Assembly (NCBI GenBank): GCA_047602405.1
Contig: JASGHJ010000001.1
Span: 32,001-96,000, forward strand
DNA: 64,000 bases
Direction: 5' to 3'
From: Anaeromyxobacteraceae bacterium
GTDB taxonomy: Bacteria; Myxococcota; Myxococcia; Myxococcales; Anaeromyxobacteraceae
This document shows, piece after piece, positions 9,141-19,331 of the stretch. The number at the start of each line of letters is the position of its first letter. The first letter of the stretch is position 1. A program made the position numbers and the translations under genes. Under the pieces are notes generated by a model. That model saw nothing but the letters and a program-made list of their open reading frames with translations, was not told the DNA's origin and made no database searches.

Positions 9141-10496
9141 CTACGCGCCCTTCGGCTTCACGAGGTCGAGGCCGTGCCCGTGCTCGCCGCGCTCCTCGCG
9201 CCAGAGCAGGTACGAGAACACGAACCCCGCGGTCGACAGGAGCGCGAGCGCCCACAAGGACACGAGCCAGCCCTGCGGGTGCTCCGGGCTCGCGTGGAAC
9301 GCGTCGTTCGCGAGGCCGAGGCCCCAGCTCATGCCCGCCCAGCCGATCTGCTGGCAGAACGTCATGAGCGCGTAGGCGGAGCCGAGCCGCTCCTCGGCGA
9401 CGAGGTAGGTCACGCTCGGCCAGAGCACGGCGGGGACGAGCGCGAACGCGAGCCCCATCGAGCCCATCGAGAGCACGAGCTCGAGCGGCGTTCCGGCGGA
9501 GACGAGCACGCCGAGGCCGGGCAGCGCGAGCTCGGGCAGGACCACCCCGGTGTGCCAGTACGGCATGAGCAGGAACGGCGGCACGAGGAGGAACGACCCG
9601 GCCGCCATGAGGAGCGCGCGCTTCCCGATCCGGTCGGCGAGGAGGCCGAAGAGCGGCATGCCGATCATCGACAGCATCGGCAGCACCGACTTCAGGTTGC
9701 CGGCGGCCTCGTTGGTGAGGCCGTGCGCCTGGATGAAGTAGAGGTTCGCGAAGGTCCGGAACGGGAAGATGGTCGAGTAGAACGCGACGCAGAGCCCGAC
9801 CACCCACCAGTACGACCGCTGGAACTTCACGAGGCCGGAGAGGTCGAGCTTGTCCGTGACGATCGACTGCTTCACGCCGTACGCGCGCCCGGCGTGTGCC
9901 TCGAGGACCGCGTAGACCACCGCGAGGATTGCCCAGGTGAGGCCGACGCCGGCGGCGAGCGCGAGCGGCGGCTGCCAGCCGGTGAAGAGCCCCTTCGCGA
10001 GGCCGGGCGACTTGTCGGCGACGAGCGAGCCGAAGCGCGCGATGAGGAGCTGGATGGCGAGGGCGAAGGAGATCTCCTTCCCCTTGAACCAGCGGCCGAC
10101 GACGGTGGTCGCCGCGACGATGAAGAGCTCCGAGCCGACGCCGAGCACGAAGCGCCCGACCATCATCGCGAGGGCGGGCGCGCCGGGCACGAGCCCGGGC
10201 AAAAACGCGATGAGTGCGGTGCCGGCGGCGCCGACGATCCCGAAGAGCACCGAGGACTTCGCGGTGCCGAGCCGGTCGATGAGGATGCCGCCGCCCACCA
10301 GCGTGAGCAGCGCCGCGACGTTGTAGGCCGTGTCGAGGAGGCCGATCTGCTGGTCGGTGAAGCCGAGCTCGTGCTGCAGGAAGTCGGTGACCGGGTAGAG
10401 CGCGTCGAAGACGTAGTAGTTCCCGAACATGGCCGCGCTGCAGGCGAGCAGCACGAGCCAGCGGTAGCCGCGCGGCGGCTGGACGGCGGTGGTCAC
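9141..10496 (-). CDS. MFS transporter
   Basis: Many hydrophobic helices and the motifs GILIDRLG and GLLADRIGKR. GTG start overlaps the upstream stop. Confidence 0.85.
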   Translation of the reverse strand: MTTAVQPPRGYRWLVLLACSAAMFGNYYVFDALYPVTDFLQHELGFTDQQIGLLDTAYNVAALLTLVGGGILIDRLGTAKSSVLFGIVGAAGTALIAFLPGLVPGAPALAMMVGRFVLGVGSELFIVAATTVVGRWFKGKEISFALAIQLLIARFGSLVADKSPGLAKGLFTGWQPPLALAAGVGLTWAILAVVYAVLEAHAGRAYGVKQSIVTDKLDLSGLVKFQRSYWWVVGLCVAFYSTIFPFRTFANLYFIQAHGLTNEAAGNLKSVLPMLSMIGMPLFGLLADRIGKRALLMAAGSFLLVPPFLLMPYWHTGVVLPELALPGLGVLVSAGTPLELVLSMGSMGLAFALVPAVLWPSVTYLVAEERLGSAYALMTFCQQIGWAGMSWGLGLANDAFHASPEHPQGWLVSLWALALLSTAGFVFSYLLWREERGEHGHGLDLVKPKGA

Positions 10497-10828
10497 TCGC
10501 GGCCCTTCGCGCCGCGGCGCTCGAGGCGCGCGGCCTCGAACGGCGTCGCCACCGAGGGGAAGCCGTCCGGGGCGACCGCGTTCCACGACGGCGGGAGCTT
10601 GCCCTCGGCGAGCGCGTAGATGTCGTTCGCGCCCTTCGCGACGACGAGCGCGCCGCCGGGGCCCGGGCGGACCTCCTCGTAGCGGAACACGTACTCGTCA
10701 CGGATGAGGACCGGCAGGCCCTTCACCGTCTCGAAGCCCCAGGCGTGCAGCCTCGTGACCTTGCCGAGGTCCTTGCCGTCGAGGTCCTTGACCTGCTGGC
10801 CCTTGCGGACGCCGTTGCGCTCGTTCAT
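10493..10828 (-). CDS. Hypothetical protein (PRC-barrel-like)
   Basis: G.QV.DLDG..LGKV pattern. Confidence 0.6.
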   Translation of the reverse strand: MNERNGVRKGQQVKDLDGKDLGKVTRLHAWGFETVKGLPVLIRDEYVFRYEEVRPGPGGALVVAKGANDIYALAEGKLPPSWNAVAPDGFPSVATPFEAARLERRGAKGRE

Positions 10829-10886
10829 CGGTCGAGTGTCTCCGGTGAGGGTCCCGTGTTCTACCCCGAAACCGCCAGAAAGGCGC

Positions 10887-12161
10887 TCAGGAACGCTTCA
10901 CGCGCGCGGCGCGGAGGCGCGTCACCTTGCGCGGGTCCGCGTCGACGACCGTGAACGCCCAGCCGTGCCAGTGGATCCGCTCGCCCTTCACCGGGATGAC
11001 GCCGGCGACCTGGTTCACGAAGCCGCCCACGGTCTCGATGCCCTCGTCCTCGGGCAGGTCCGCCTTCGCCGCCTCGTTGAACTCGCGGATGGAGGCCTGG
11101 CCCTGGACGCTGAACGTCCCGTCGGCGTGCGCCTCGACCGGGCGGGCGTCCTCCTCGGTGAACTCGTCGCCGAGCGCACCGACGATCTGCTCGAGCACGT
11201 CCTCGAGGGTGCAGATGCCCATGATGCCGCCGTGCTCGTCGACGACGAACGCCATGTGGAGCTTGCGCCGCTGCATCTCGCGGAGCAGCGCGTCCACCGG
11301 CTTCGACCAGGGCACGAAGTACGGCGGCCGCAGGAGGTCGCGGAGCACGATGAGCTCCGGGTGCTGCAGCATCGGCACGAGGTCGCGCGCGTGGAGGACC
11401 CCGAGCACCTGGTCGAGGCTCTCCCGGTAGACCGGCATGCGCGAGTGGCCCTCCTCCGAGAGCAGGCGGAGGATCTCGTCGGGCCGCGTGTCGATCTCGA
11501 CGGCGACGACGTCGGTGCGCGGCACCATCACGTCCCGGGCGATCTTCTCGCGGAACTCGAAGACGTTGTGGATGAGCTCGGTGGTGGCCTGGCCGGAGGC
11601 GCCCTGCGTCTTCGCCCACTCCGCGAGCGCGCGCTCCATCTCCTCGAGCGGCGGGCGCGGCAGGGAGAAGCGGCCGCCGCCGGAGGCGACGCGGACCACC
11701 GCCGCGAGCGGGCGGAGCAGCGTGCGGGCCGCCGCGAAGGGCCGGGCGAACGCGAGCGCCACCGGCTCCGGGCTCGCCGCGCCGAGCGCGCGCCCGGCGG
11801 CGGCCATCGGCATCGAGACGAGCGCCGCGGCGAGCGCGGCGACGGCGCCCCAGGCGAAGCGGATCCCCTCCGCCGCCCCCGGGTTCGCGAGCGCGCCGGC
11901 CGCGCCGGCGAGGAAGCCGGCGAAGACGGTCGCGAGCGTCACCGAGGCGCGCAGGCCGAAGGAGGTCGACTCCGGGTCGTCGAACAGGCGGGCGAGCGCC
12001 CGGGCGCTCGGTGGAGCGCCGGCCTCCTGGCCGAGCGCCTGCGCCCTCGGCAGCCCCACCGCGACGAGCGCGGCCTCGAGCGCCGCGGCGAGCGCGCGCA
12101 CCGAGAGCAGCGCCAGGGCGCCCGCGGCGAGCACGAGCGCGAGCGGGTAGGAGGCCTCCAT
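10887..12161 (-). CDS. Hemolysin-family CNNM/CBS/CorC-HlyC protein
   Basis: ARDVMVPRTDV, GHSRMPVY, VVDEHGG..GICTLEDVLEQIVG, ETVGGF. Confidence 0.9.
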   Translation of the reverse strand: MEASYPLALVLAAGALALLSVRALAAALEAALVAVGLPRAQALGQEAGAPPSARALARLFDDPESTSFGLRASVTLATVFAGFLAGAAGALANPGAAEGIRFAWGAVAALAAALVSMPMAAAGRALGAASPEPVALAFARPFAAARTLLRPLAAVVRVASGGGRFSLPRPPLEEMERALAEWAKTQGASGQATTELIHNVFEFREKIARDVMVPRTDVVAVEIDTRPDEILRLLSEEGHSRMPVYRESLDQVLGVLHARDLVPMLQHPELIVLRDLLRPPYFVPWSKPVDALLREMQRRKLHMAFVVDEHGGIMGICTLEDVLEQIVGALGDEFTEEDARPVEAHADGTFSVQGQASIREFNEAAKADLPEDEGIETVGGFVNQVAGVIPVKGERIHWHGWAFTVVDADPRKVTRLRAARVKRS

Positions 12162-12223
12162 CGGCCCGAAAGCTAACCCGGAACGCGGGGTTCGATCTGC
12201 TATAAACCCGGGTCCCCGCGTGG

Positions 12224-12275
12224 GCGTCCCTCGTCTCCGGCCTGCCTCCGGCAGGCCCACGCTCCGGACGGGCGG
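12224..12275. repeat. REP-like palindrome, intergenic
   Basis: GCGTCCCTCGTCTCCGGCCTGCC-TCC-GGCAGGCCCACGCTCCGGACGGGCGG. Confidence 0.75.
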
Positions 12276-12282
12276 GTATACG

Positions 12283-12960
12283 GTGCAGCTCGATCTCCAT
12301 GGACCTGCGGGCCGCCTCGAGGCCCTCCTCGACGACGCGCCGGACGCGCGCTTCGCGGCGCTCGTGTGCCACCCGCACCCGCGGTTCGGCGGCACGATGC
12401 ACAACCACGCGACCTACCGGCTCGCGAAGGCGGTGCGCGCGGCGGGCGGGCTCGCGCTCAGGTTCAACTACCGCGGCGTCGGCCGGAGCGGCGGCACCTA
12501 CGACCGCGCCCGCGGCGAGGCCGACGACGCGCGCGCCGCGCTGGCGTGGCTCGCGCTCGAGCGCCCGGAGCTGCCGCGGCTCGCGCTCGGCTTCTCGTTC
12601 GGCGCCTGGATGGCGGCGATCGCCGGCGGCGAGGATCCCGGCGTGCGGGCGCTCGTCATCGCGGGGCTCGCGCTCCGCTCGCCCGACCCGGACCTCACGC
12701 GCGACCTCGAGGCGGTCCGCCGCGCGCCGCAGCCGCTCGCGCTCGTGCAGGCGGAGCGCGACGAGTACGGCTCGCCCGCCGACGTCGAGGCGGCGCTCGA
12801 GGGCTCGCGCGGGCCGCGGCGCGTCTCGGTCGTCCGCGGCGCGACGCACCTCTTCACCGAGGACCTCGCCGGCCTGCAGCGCGAGGCCGAGGCCGCGCTC
12901 GCGTGGGCGATGCCGCTCGCCGGGCTCGCGGGCGCCGCCGCCGCCGGGGAGGCGCCGTGA
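12283..12960 (+). CDS. Alpha/beta hydrolase
   Basis: CHPHPRFGGTMHN, RFNYRGVGRS, GFSFG, GATHLF. Confidence 0.85.
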   Translation: MQLDLHGPAGRLEALLDDAPDARFAALVCHPHPRFGGTMHNHATYRLAKAVRAAGGLALRFNYRGVGRSGGTYDRARGEADDARAALAWLALERPELPRLALGFSFGAWMAAIAGGEDPGVRALVIAGLALRSPDPDLTRDLEAVRRAPQPLALVQAERDEYGSPADVEAALEGSRGPRRVSVVRGATHLFTEDLAGLQREAEAALAWAMPLAGLAGAAAAGEAP

Positions 12961-13412
12961 AGGCCAGCGCGGCCGAGGCCGGCGCGATGCTGGAGCGCCA
13001 CGCGGAGGACGCCGTGCGCCTCTGGCGCTCCGCGCGGCGGCAGGCGCGGCCCGGCGTGTTCCCGGGCACGCTCGACGAGCTCGTCGGACCGTTCGTGCGT
13101 GCGGTCGGCACGACGCTCATCGACGAGCGCGAGCCGTCGGCGGTCTGGGAGCGCGTCGCGGGCGTCCTGCGGTGCCCGCGCGAGGGCGCGAGCGCCGAGC
13201 ACGAGATCGAGTGGACGATCGCCGGCGAGGTGGCCGCGGCGGTCGCGGAGGCGCTCGGCGTGGGCCAGGAGGTCAGGCTGCACGCGGTCGCGGCCGCGCG
13301 CGCGTGCGCCGAGGCGAGCCGCCGGCTCGCGCAGCAGCCCGGGCCGAGCCACGGCCCCGTGCTGAAGCTGCTCGTCGCGACGAAGCCGCATCCCCGGACG
13401 GGGAAGCGGTAG
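12957..13412 (+). CDS. Hypothetical protein
   Basis: GTGA overlap with the upstream stop. Protein-like composition. Confidence 0.6.
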   Translation: MKASAAEAGAMLERHAEDAVRLWRSARRQARPGVFPGTLDELVGPFVRAVGTTLIDEREPSAVWERVAGVLRCPREGASAEHEIEWTIAGEVAAAVAEALGVGQEVRLHAVAAARACAEASRRLAQQPGPSHGPVLKLLVATKPHPRTGKR

Positions 13413-13416
13413 CTCC

Positions 13417-13465
13417 GCCCCTCGTCTCCGGGCCGCTGCGCGGCCCGACGCTCGGGGCGAACGGA
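13417..13465. repeat. REP-like palindrome between convergent genes
   Basis: GCCCCTCGTCTCCGGGCCGCTGCGCGGCCCGACGCTCGGGGCGAACGGA. Confidence 0.85.
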
Positions 13466-13482
13466 TCAGGAGAGGCCGCTCG

Positions 13483-13836
13483 CTAGTGCACCGTCGCCGC
13501 GTGACGGCGGACGACCGCGAGCAGATGGTCGAGATCGAACGGCTTCTCGATGAACCCGGCCGCGTCGAGGCCGTTCACCTTGCCGAGCGCCGAGACCACG
13601 ACGACCGGGATCCCGGCGAGGTCGGGGTCGCACTTCTGGGCGGCCCTGAACTCCCAGCCGTTCATGCCGGGCATCATGAGGTCCAGCAGCACCAGCGCCG
13701 GCCGCACGTCGCGCGCCTTCTCGAGCGCCTCCGCACCGTCGCCGACCGCGTGGACCGTGTAGCCCTCCTCGGCCAGGGCCTCGGAGACCGCCTCGCGGAT
13801 GTCGCTCTCGTCGTCCACCACCAGCACGGAAGCCAT
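13483..13836 (-). CDS. Single-domain response regulator
   Basis: VLVVDDE, LLDLMMPGMNG, KPF. Confidence 0.9.
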   Translation of the reverse strand: MASVLVVDDESDIREAVSEALAEEGYTVHAVGDGAEALEKARDVRPALVLLDLMMPGMNGWEFRAAQKCDPDLAGIPVVVVSALGKVNGLDAAGFIEKPFDLDHLLAVVRRHAATVH

Positions 13837-13987
13837 GTGGGATGAACTAGGGATCGCGAAAGATCCAGGCAACTTGTGGGGACGGTCCTCAGGTGGGCCG
13901 CCAGGCCGCCTGGCGCCTCCCCCTCCGACGGATCGTCGAGCGGTCAGGTAGAATCTTCAGCCTGCCTCGCAGGTCCGGAGGAGCACC

Positions 13988-14386
13988 ATGCAGGATCCCG
14001 TCGAGCGCTTCCTCGAGTCCCCCGCGTTCGCCGTCGCCGGCGCGTCGACCGACCGCCACAAGTACGGCAACAAGGTGCTGCGCTGCTACCTGCAGCACGG
14101 GCGGAGGGTGACTCCGGTGAACCCGCGCGAGCAGGAGATCGAGGGCCTCGCCTGCGTCGCCTCCGTGGCGGCGCTGCCGGACGACGTGAAGGCCCTCTCG
14201 ATCGTGACCCCGCCCCCCGTGACGGAGCAGGTCGTCGATGCGGCGATCGCGAAGGGCATCCGGCACCTCTGGATGCAGCCCGGCGCGGAGAGCCCCGCGG
14301 CGGTCGCGCGCGCCGAGCAGGCGGGCCTGAACGTCATCGCGGACGGGACTTGCCTGCTCGTGGTCCTCGGGTACAGCGAGCGCTGA
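13988..14386 (+). CDS. CoA-binding protein (YccU-like)
   Basis: AVAGAS..RHKYG, PVNP, WMQPGAES. Confidence 0.85.
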   Translation: MQDPVERFLESPAFAVAGASTDRHKYGNKVLRCYLQHGRRVTPVNPREQEIEGLACVASVAALPDDVKALSIVTPPPVTEQVVDAAIAKGIRHLWMQPGAESPAAVARAEQAGLNVIADGTCLLVVLGYSER

Positions 14387-14390
14387 CCCG

Positions 14391-14423
14391 CCGCTCATCC
14401 TTCGACAGGCTCAGGATGAGCGG
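14391..14423. repeat. Short REP-like palindrome between convergent genes
   Basis: CCGCTCATCCT-TCGACAGGCTC-AGGATGAGCGG. Confidence 0.7.
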
Positions 14424-14426
14424 GGC

Positions 14427-15749
14427 TCAGCTCCCCGCGAGCTGCACGCCCTCGAACACGAGCGTCGGCGTGCGCATCGACGAGTAGGCGTACGGGTCGT
14501 TGCCGACGGCCGCGAGCCGCTTCCAGAGCTCGAGCTGGTTGCCCGACACGTTCATCTCGCCCACCGGCTCCTTCACCTCGCCGCCGGAGATCCGGAACCC
14601 GCGCACGCCGAGCGAGAAGTCGCCGGTCGTGCCGTTCGAGTTGCCGCCGAGGAAGCCGGTGACGAGCACGCCCTCGCCGGCGTCCTTCACGAGCTCCTCC
14701 TGCGAGCGCGGGCCGAGCGTCCAGGTGAGGTTCGAGGTGCGGCCGGTCGTGGCCGCGAGCCCGAGCTTCCGGCCGTAGTACGTGTCCACGTAGTAGTTCC
14801 GGAGCGCGCCCCGCTCGAACACCTGGAACGGCCTCGCCGCCAGCCCCTCGCCGTCGTAGTGGCGCGAGCCGAGGCCGCGCCGCACGTGCGGATCGTCGCG
14901 CACGTCGAGGAGCGGGCTCCCGATGACCTCGCCCTGCTTGCCCTCGAGGAACGAGCGCCGCTGCTGCAGCGACGCCGCCGAGAGCGGGACGAACAGCATC
15001 GACACGAGCCGCCCCGCCGCGCGCGCCTCGACGACGAGCGTCGAGAGCGCGGTCGCGCCCTTCACCGCGCCCACGCGGGAGAGCGCCCGCCGCGCCGCGC
15101 GCGCGCCGACCTCCGCGGGCGGCTCCATCGCGTTGCGGAAGCGGCCGCCCGAGGCCGCGAACTCCTCCGGCCGGCGGCCGTCGGGGTCGAGCACGGCGAC
15201 CTCGGCGCCCACCCAGAAGTCGGTGCCGCGCTTCGTACCCTCGAAGCCGTTCGTGTGGACGAGCGCGCTCTCGGCGCGCGTGTCGGAGACGCTGGTCGTG
15301 ACCGAGAGGATCCGGTCGGAGCCGAGCGGGCTCCGGGCGCCCGCCTCGGCGGCCTCGGCGGCGCGCAGGCGCTCCTCCGGCGTGAGCCCCGCGTGCGTCC
15401 CGTCCTCGAGCTCGAGGTCGACGTCGGCGCGGCCGAGGTAGAGCTCGGGATCCGGGAGCCGCCGGTGCGGATCCTCGGCGAGCGCGCGGGCGAGCGCGAT
15501 GGAGCGGCGCACGAAGGCCTCGAGCGCCCCGTCGCGCAGGTCGCTCGTCGAGACCGCGGCGTAGCGGCCGTCCACGTACAGATCGAGCCCCAGCCCGCGG
15601 GTGGTGGCCTCGGTGACCTTCTCCACCTTGCCGTCGCGCCAGGCGAGCTCGACGTGGCGGGCGCGGTAGGCGCCGGCGGCGGCCTCGCGGGCGCCGGCCT
15701 CGAGGGCGAGCTTCGCCGCGCGGCGGGCGAGATCCAGGAGCTCGCTCAC
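14427..15749 (-). CDS. pmbA: TldD/PmbA family protein (PmbA/TldE-like subunit)
   Basis: DGEG, TTGDFSLG and ISGGEVKEPV..MNVSGN motifs. No HExxH. Coupled to tldD. Confidence 0.8.
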   Translation of the reverse strand: MSELLDLARRAAKLALEAGAREAAAGAYRARHVELAWRDGKVEKVTEATTRGLGLDLYVDGRYAAVSTSDLRDGALEAFVRRSIALARALAEDPHRRLPDPELYLGRADVDLELEDGTHAGLTPEERLRAAEAAEAGARSPLGSDRILSVTTSVSDTRAESALVHTNGFEGTKRGTDFWVGAEVAVLDPDGRRPEEFAASGGRFRNAMEPPAEVGARAARRALSRVGAVKGATALSTLVVEARAAGRLVSMLFVPLSAASLQQRRSFLEGKQGEVIGSPLLDVRDDPHVRRGLGSRHYDGEGLAARPFQVFERGALRNYYVDTYYGRKLGLAATTGRTSNLTWTLGPRSQEELVKDAGEGVLVTGFLGGNSNGTTGDFSLGVRGFRISGGEVKEPVGEMNVSGNQLELWKRLAAVGNDPYAYSSMRTPTLVFEGVQLAGS

Positions 15750-17212
15750 CTCGACCTCCCGCCGACCGTCATCGAGGCGACGCGCACCGTGGGGAGCCCC
15801 TGCGAGACCGGCACGCTCTGGCCGTCCTTCCCGCAGGTCCAGCCGCCCTCGTCGATGGCGAGATCGTCGGAGACCATGTCCACCTGCTCGAGCGCCTTCG
15901 GGCCGTTGCCGATGATGTTCACGTCCTTCACCGGCCGGGTGAGCTTGCCGTCCTCGATGAGGTAGCCGTTCTTCACGTAGAAGGTGAAGTCGCCGGCGCC
16001 GATGTTGACCTGCCCGTTCGAGAAGTTCTGGCAGTAGATGCCGCGCTTCACCGACCGGACGATCTCCTCGGTGCGGTGCGGCCCGGGGAGCATGTAGGTC
16101 GCGCGCATGCGCGGGAGCGGCGCGTGGCGGTAGCTCTCGCGGCGGCCGCTGCCGGTCGGGGCGACGCCGTAGTGGCGCGCCGAGATCGCGTCGTGGAGGT
16201 AGGTCGCGAGCACGCCGCCCTCGACGAGCGTGGTGCGGCCGGCGGGGTTGCCCTCGTCGTCGACGTTGATGGCGCCGCGGGCGCCCTGCGGCGTCGCGTC
16301 GTCGACGATGTTCACGAACGGCTGCGCGATGCGCTTGCCGATCTTGTCGGCGTAGATGCTGACGCCCTTGCGGTTGAAGTCGGCCTCCATGCCGTGGCCG
16401 ATGGCCTCGTGGAGGAGGATGCCGGAGGAGCCGGCGGCGAGCACGACCGGCATCTCGCCCGCGGGCGGCTGGCCGGCCTCGAAGAGGATGGCCGTGCGCG
16501 CGACCGCCTCCCTCACGACGCGGTCGAGCCGGTCGGGCGCGTAGAACTCGAAGCCGGCGCGGCCGGCGACGTTGTAGCCGTTCTGCTCGCGGCGGCCGCC
16601 CGCCTCGGCGAGCACCGACATCGAGAGCACGGTCATCGGCTGCACGTCCTCGACGAGGCGGCCCTCGGAGTCGGCGATCAAGACGACGCCGGACTCGTCG
16701 GAGAGGTGGACGTTCACCTTCTTCACGCGCGGGTCGGCGGCGAAGGCGCGCGCCTCGAGCCCGGCGAGGAGCGGGAGCTTCTCGCCCGCGGCGACCTCCT
16801 CCCACGGGCGCGCGAGCGGGTAGCGGTCCGGGAGGTCCCGGCGCACGTGCAGCGCGGTCGGGCCGGGGCGCGACGGGCCGGAGGCGATCGCGGCGGCGGT
16901 GCGCGCGCACTCGAGGAGCGCGGGCAGGGAGAGGTCCTCGGTGTAGCCGTAGCCGGTCTGGTCGCCGACGACGACGCGCACGCCGACGCCGAGCTCGGCG
17001 GAGGCGTAGGCGCGGTTCACCGCCCCGTCCTCGAGCCCGAGGCCGCTCGTCTGCCGGTGCTGGAAGAAGACGTCGGCGTGATCTCCGCCGCGCGAGAGCG
17101 CCGCGGCGAGCGTCTCGCGGATCATCGCCGCGGTCACGCCGAAGTTCCTCTCGAAGTACGCTGGCGGCTGCCGAGGTTCAGGCTGGCCGGCACCCGGTCG
17201 TTCCATCCCCAT
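15746..17212 (-). CDS. tldD: Metalloprotease TldD
   Basis: LLHEAIGHGMEADFNRKG, DDEG, GRRESY, CGKDGQSVPV. Confidence 0.9.
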   Translation of the reverse strand: MGMERPGAGQPEPRQPPAYFERNFGVTAAMIRETLAAALSRGGDHADVFFQHRQTSGLGLEDGAVNRAYASAELGVGVRVVVGDQTGYGYTEDLSLPALLECARTAAAIASGPSRPGPTALHVRRDLPDRYPLARPWEEVAAGEKLPLLAGLEARAFAADPRVKKVNVHLSDESGVVLIADSEGRLVEDVQPMTVLSMSVLAEAGGRREQNGYNVAGRAGFEFYAPDRLDRVVREAVARTAILFEAGQPPAGEMPVVLAAGSSGILLHEAIGHGMEADFNRKGVSIYADKIGKRIAQPFVNIVDDATPQGARGAINVDDEGNPAGRTTLVEGGVLATYLHDAISARHYGVAPTGSGRRESYRHAPLPRMRATYMLPGPHRTEEIVRSVKRGIYCQNFSNGQVNIGAGDFTFYVKNGYLIEDGKLTRPVKDVNIIGNGPKALEQVDMVSDDLAIDEGGWTCGKDGQSVPVSQGLPTVRVASMTVGGRSR

Positions 17213-17240
17213 CCACTAACCCCGTGCTAAGCCTATTTCC

Positions 17241-18068
17241 ATGCCCATCACCCGGCTGAACGGGGTCGACCTGCATTACCTCGACGCGGGTCCGGGCGCG
17301 CCCGGACCCGGGGGCGCACCCGCGCGGCCGTCCGCGGACGCCGTGCTCCTCCTGCACGCGTTCCCGCTGCACTCGGGCATGTGGACCCACGCGGTCGCGG
17401 CCCTCTCGAGCCGGCACCGGGTCATCGCGCCGGACTACCGGGGGCTCGGCAAGACGCCGCCCTCGGGCGAGCCCTCGACGATGCCGCTCGTCGCGGGGGA
17501 CGTCCGGGCGCTCCTCGGCCACCTGCGCGTCGAGCGGGCGGTCGTGGTCGGGCTCTCGATGGGCGGCTACGTCGCGCTCGAGCTGTTCCGCCAGGCGCCC
17601 GCGCTCTTCCGCGGCCTCGTGCTCTGCGACACGAAGGCCGGCGCCGACACGCCGGAGGGCGCCGCCGGCCGCGAGGCGATGGCGCGGACCGCGCTCGAGC
17701 GCGGCCTCGAGTGGGTGGCCGACGACATGATCCCGAAGCTGCTCCGCGAGGGCCACGACCCGGCGACCGCGAAGACCGTGCGGGAGCTCATCCGCGGCGG
17801 CACGCCGGCCGGCGTCGCGGCCGCGCAGCGGGGGATGGCGGTGCGGCCGGACTCGACCGCGACGCTCGGGCTCGTGAAGGTGCCCTCGCTCGTGATCGTC
17901 GGTGAGGCGGACAAGATGACGCCGCCCGCCGAGGCGCAGAAGCTCGCGGCGGGGATCGGGGGCGCGCGGGTCGAGGTGATCCCGGCGGCCGGGCACCTCT
18001 CGAACCTCGAGAACCCGGAGGCGTTCTCGCGGGTGCTCGCGGGGTTCGTGGACGGGATCGGTGGTTAG
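17241..18068 (+). CDS. Alpha/beta hydrolase
   Basis: LLHAFP, GLSMGG, AGHLSNLE. Confidence 0.85.
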   Translation: MPITRLNGVDLHYLDAGPGAPGPGGAPARPSADAVLLLHAFPLHSGMWTHAVAALSSRHRVIAPDYRGLGKTPPSGEPSTMPLVAGDVRALLGHLRVERAVVVGLSMGGYVALELFRQAPALFRGLVLCDTKAGADTPEGAAGREAMARTALERGLEWVADDMIPKLLREGHDPATAKTVRELIRGGTPAGVAAAQRGMAVRPDSTATLGLVKVPSLVIVGEADKMTPPAEAQKLAAGIGGARVEVIPAAGHLSNLENPEAFSRVLAGFVDGIGG

Positions 18069-19324
18069 GGCGCGAAGCTGAAGGTGCTCCAGGTGGAGGA
18101 CGTGTAGACCCGCTCCGCGGTCGACTGCGGCACGAGGTACCCGAGCCCGAACTCCTCCGCCGACGCGTGGTCGTCCACCGTCGCGTTCGGTCCGATCCCG
18201 GTCACGCGCCAGTAGAGGTTCCTGCCCACGGGCACGCCGACGAGCGAGAAGTCCGGGACCGCGACCGACTCGCCGCCCGTGACGATCGCGAACGGGATGC
18301 CGTTCCCGGGGGTGAGCTCGACGACCGAGACGAGCCCGGGCACCGGCTGCTTCCAGGCCAGCGCACCCGAGCGTGGGAGCGTCCCGTCCGGCGCCGGCGA
18401 GGTGAGGCCGAACGCGCCCGGGAGGCTCACCGCCCAGGCGCCGCCGCCCGCGTCGGCGGCCGAGAAGGTCCGCGACGCGACGGCGTAGCGACCATCGGGG
18501 AAGGACGCCAGCACCTCGGCCCGGAGGCGGGCAGGCCCCGCGTCGGGGATCGGGATCTTCCACGGGGGCGAGGCGTTCGTCGGGACGGGCGTCGCGCCGT
18601 CATACGGTCGCTGGAGGCGCACCCCCGCGTACGTGACCTGTCCGGTCAGGGTGGTCTCGCTGGCGTCCGGGGCGGAGATCGTGACGTCCTTCCAGAGGGT
18701 CCCGACGGGCGACATCACCATGGGCGGGAGGTCGAGGTGCTGGTCAGGCGAGAGGCTGACCGGGCCGGCCGAGCCCTGGGTGCCGTAGCCGGCGAAGCCT
18801 CCGGGCCGGGCGTCGTACGTCAGCGTGATCGCCCGGAGCGAGACCATCTCGGTCGTCCCGGAGCGCAAGGCCATGTACACGCAGTCGGCCGACGCGTCGA
18901 AGAGCAGCCCGTCCGACCCGATGCCCGCGACCGAACGCGTGGCCGAGCCCGCCGCAAACGTCGTGCAGACCGTGCCCCCCGTGACCGGCCCCTCGGCGAA
19001 CGGGGTGAGGGCCACGAGCACCGGGTCGGCGCGCCGCAGGCCGAGCCAGGCGCCCCCCCATGCGACGAAGCCGGAGGCCGCCGACGGGACGCCGATGAGC
19101 GCGTCATAGGGGACCTTCACGTGGTCCGCCGAGAAGGTCCCATCCGCGCCGGTCACCACCGCCGCGCCGCCGGCGACCGAGACCTTCACGTTCGCGAGCG
19201 GCCGGCCGTGGATGCCGACGACGCGCCCCCGGACGTCCACGTACGCGGGGGTCTTCTCGCCGCCGCCGCAGGCCGCGAGCAGCGCGCCGGCGAGCAGGAC
19301 CGCCGTTCCTCGGGGCATGGTCAT
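18065..19324 (-). CDS. Lipoprotein with a carboxypeptidase-regulatory-like domain
   Basis: Lipobox LLAAC. VRGRVV..G.PLANV.V...T.ADGTF. Confidence 0.7.
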   Translation of the reverse strand: MTMPRGTAVLLAGALLAACGGGEKTPAYVDVRGRVVGIHGRPLANVKVSVAGGAAVVTGADGTFSADHVKVPYDALIGVPSAASGFVAWGGAWLGLRRADPVLVALTPFAEGPVTGGTVCTTFAAGSATRSVAGIGSDGLLFDASADCVYMALRSGTTEMVSLRAITLTYDARPGGFAGYGTQGSAGPVSLSPDQHLDLPPMVMSPVGTLWKDVTISAPDASETTLTGQVTYAGVRLQRPYDGATPVPTNASPPWKIPIPDAGPARLRAEVLASFPDGRYAVASRTFSAADAGGGAWAVSLPGAFGLTSPAPDGTLPRSGALAWKQPVPGLVSVVELTPGNGIPFAIVTGGESVAVPDFSLVGVPVGRNLYWRVTGIGPNATVDDHASAEEFGLGYLVPQSTAERVYTSSTWSTFSFAP

Positions 19325-19331
19325 GGGCGCT

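Noticed and set aside
14427..17212. TldD/PmbA as part of a RiPP biosynthetic cluster
   Set aside because: No precursor peptide or modification enzymes nearby. The context looks like housekeeping.
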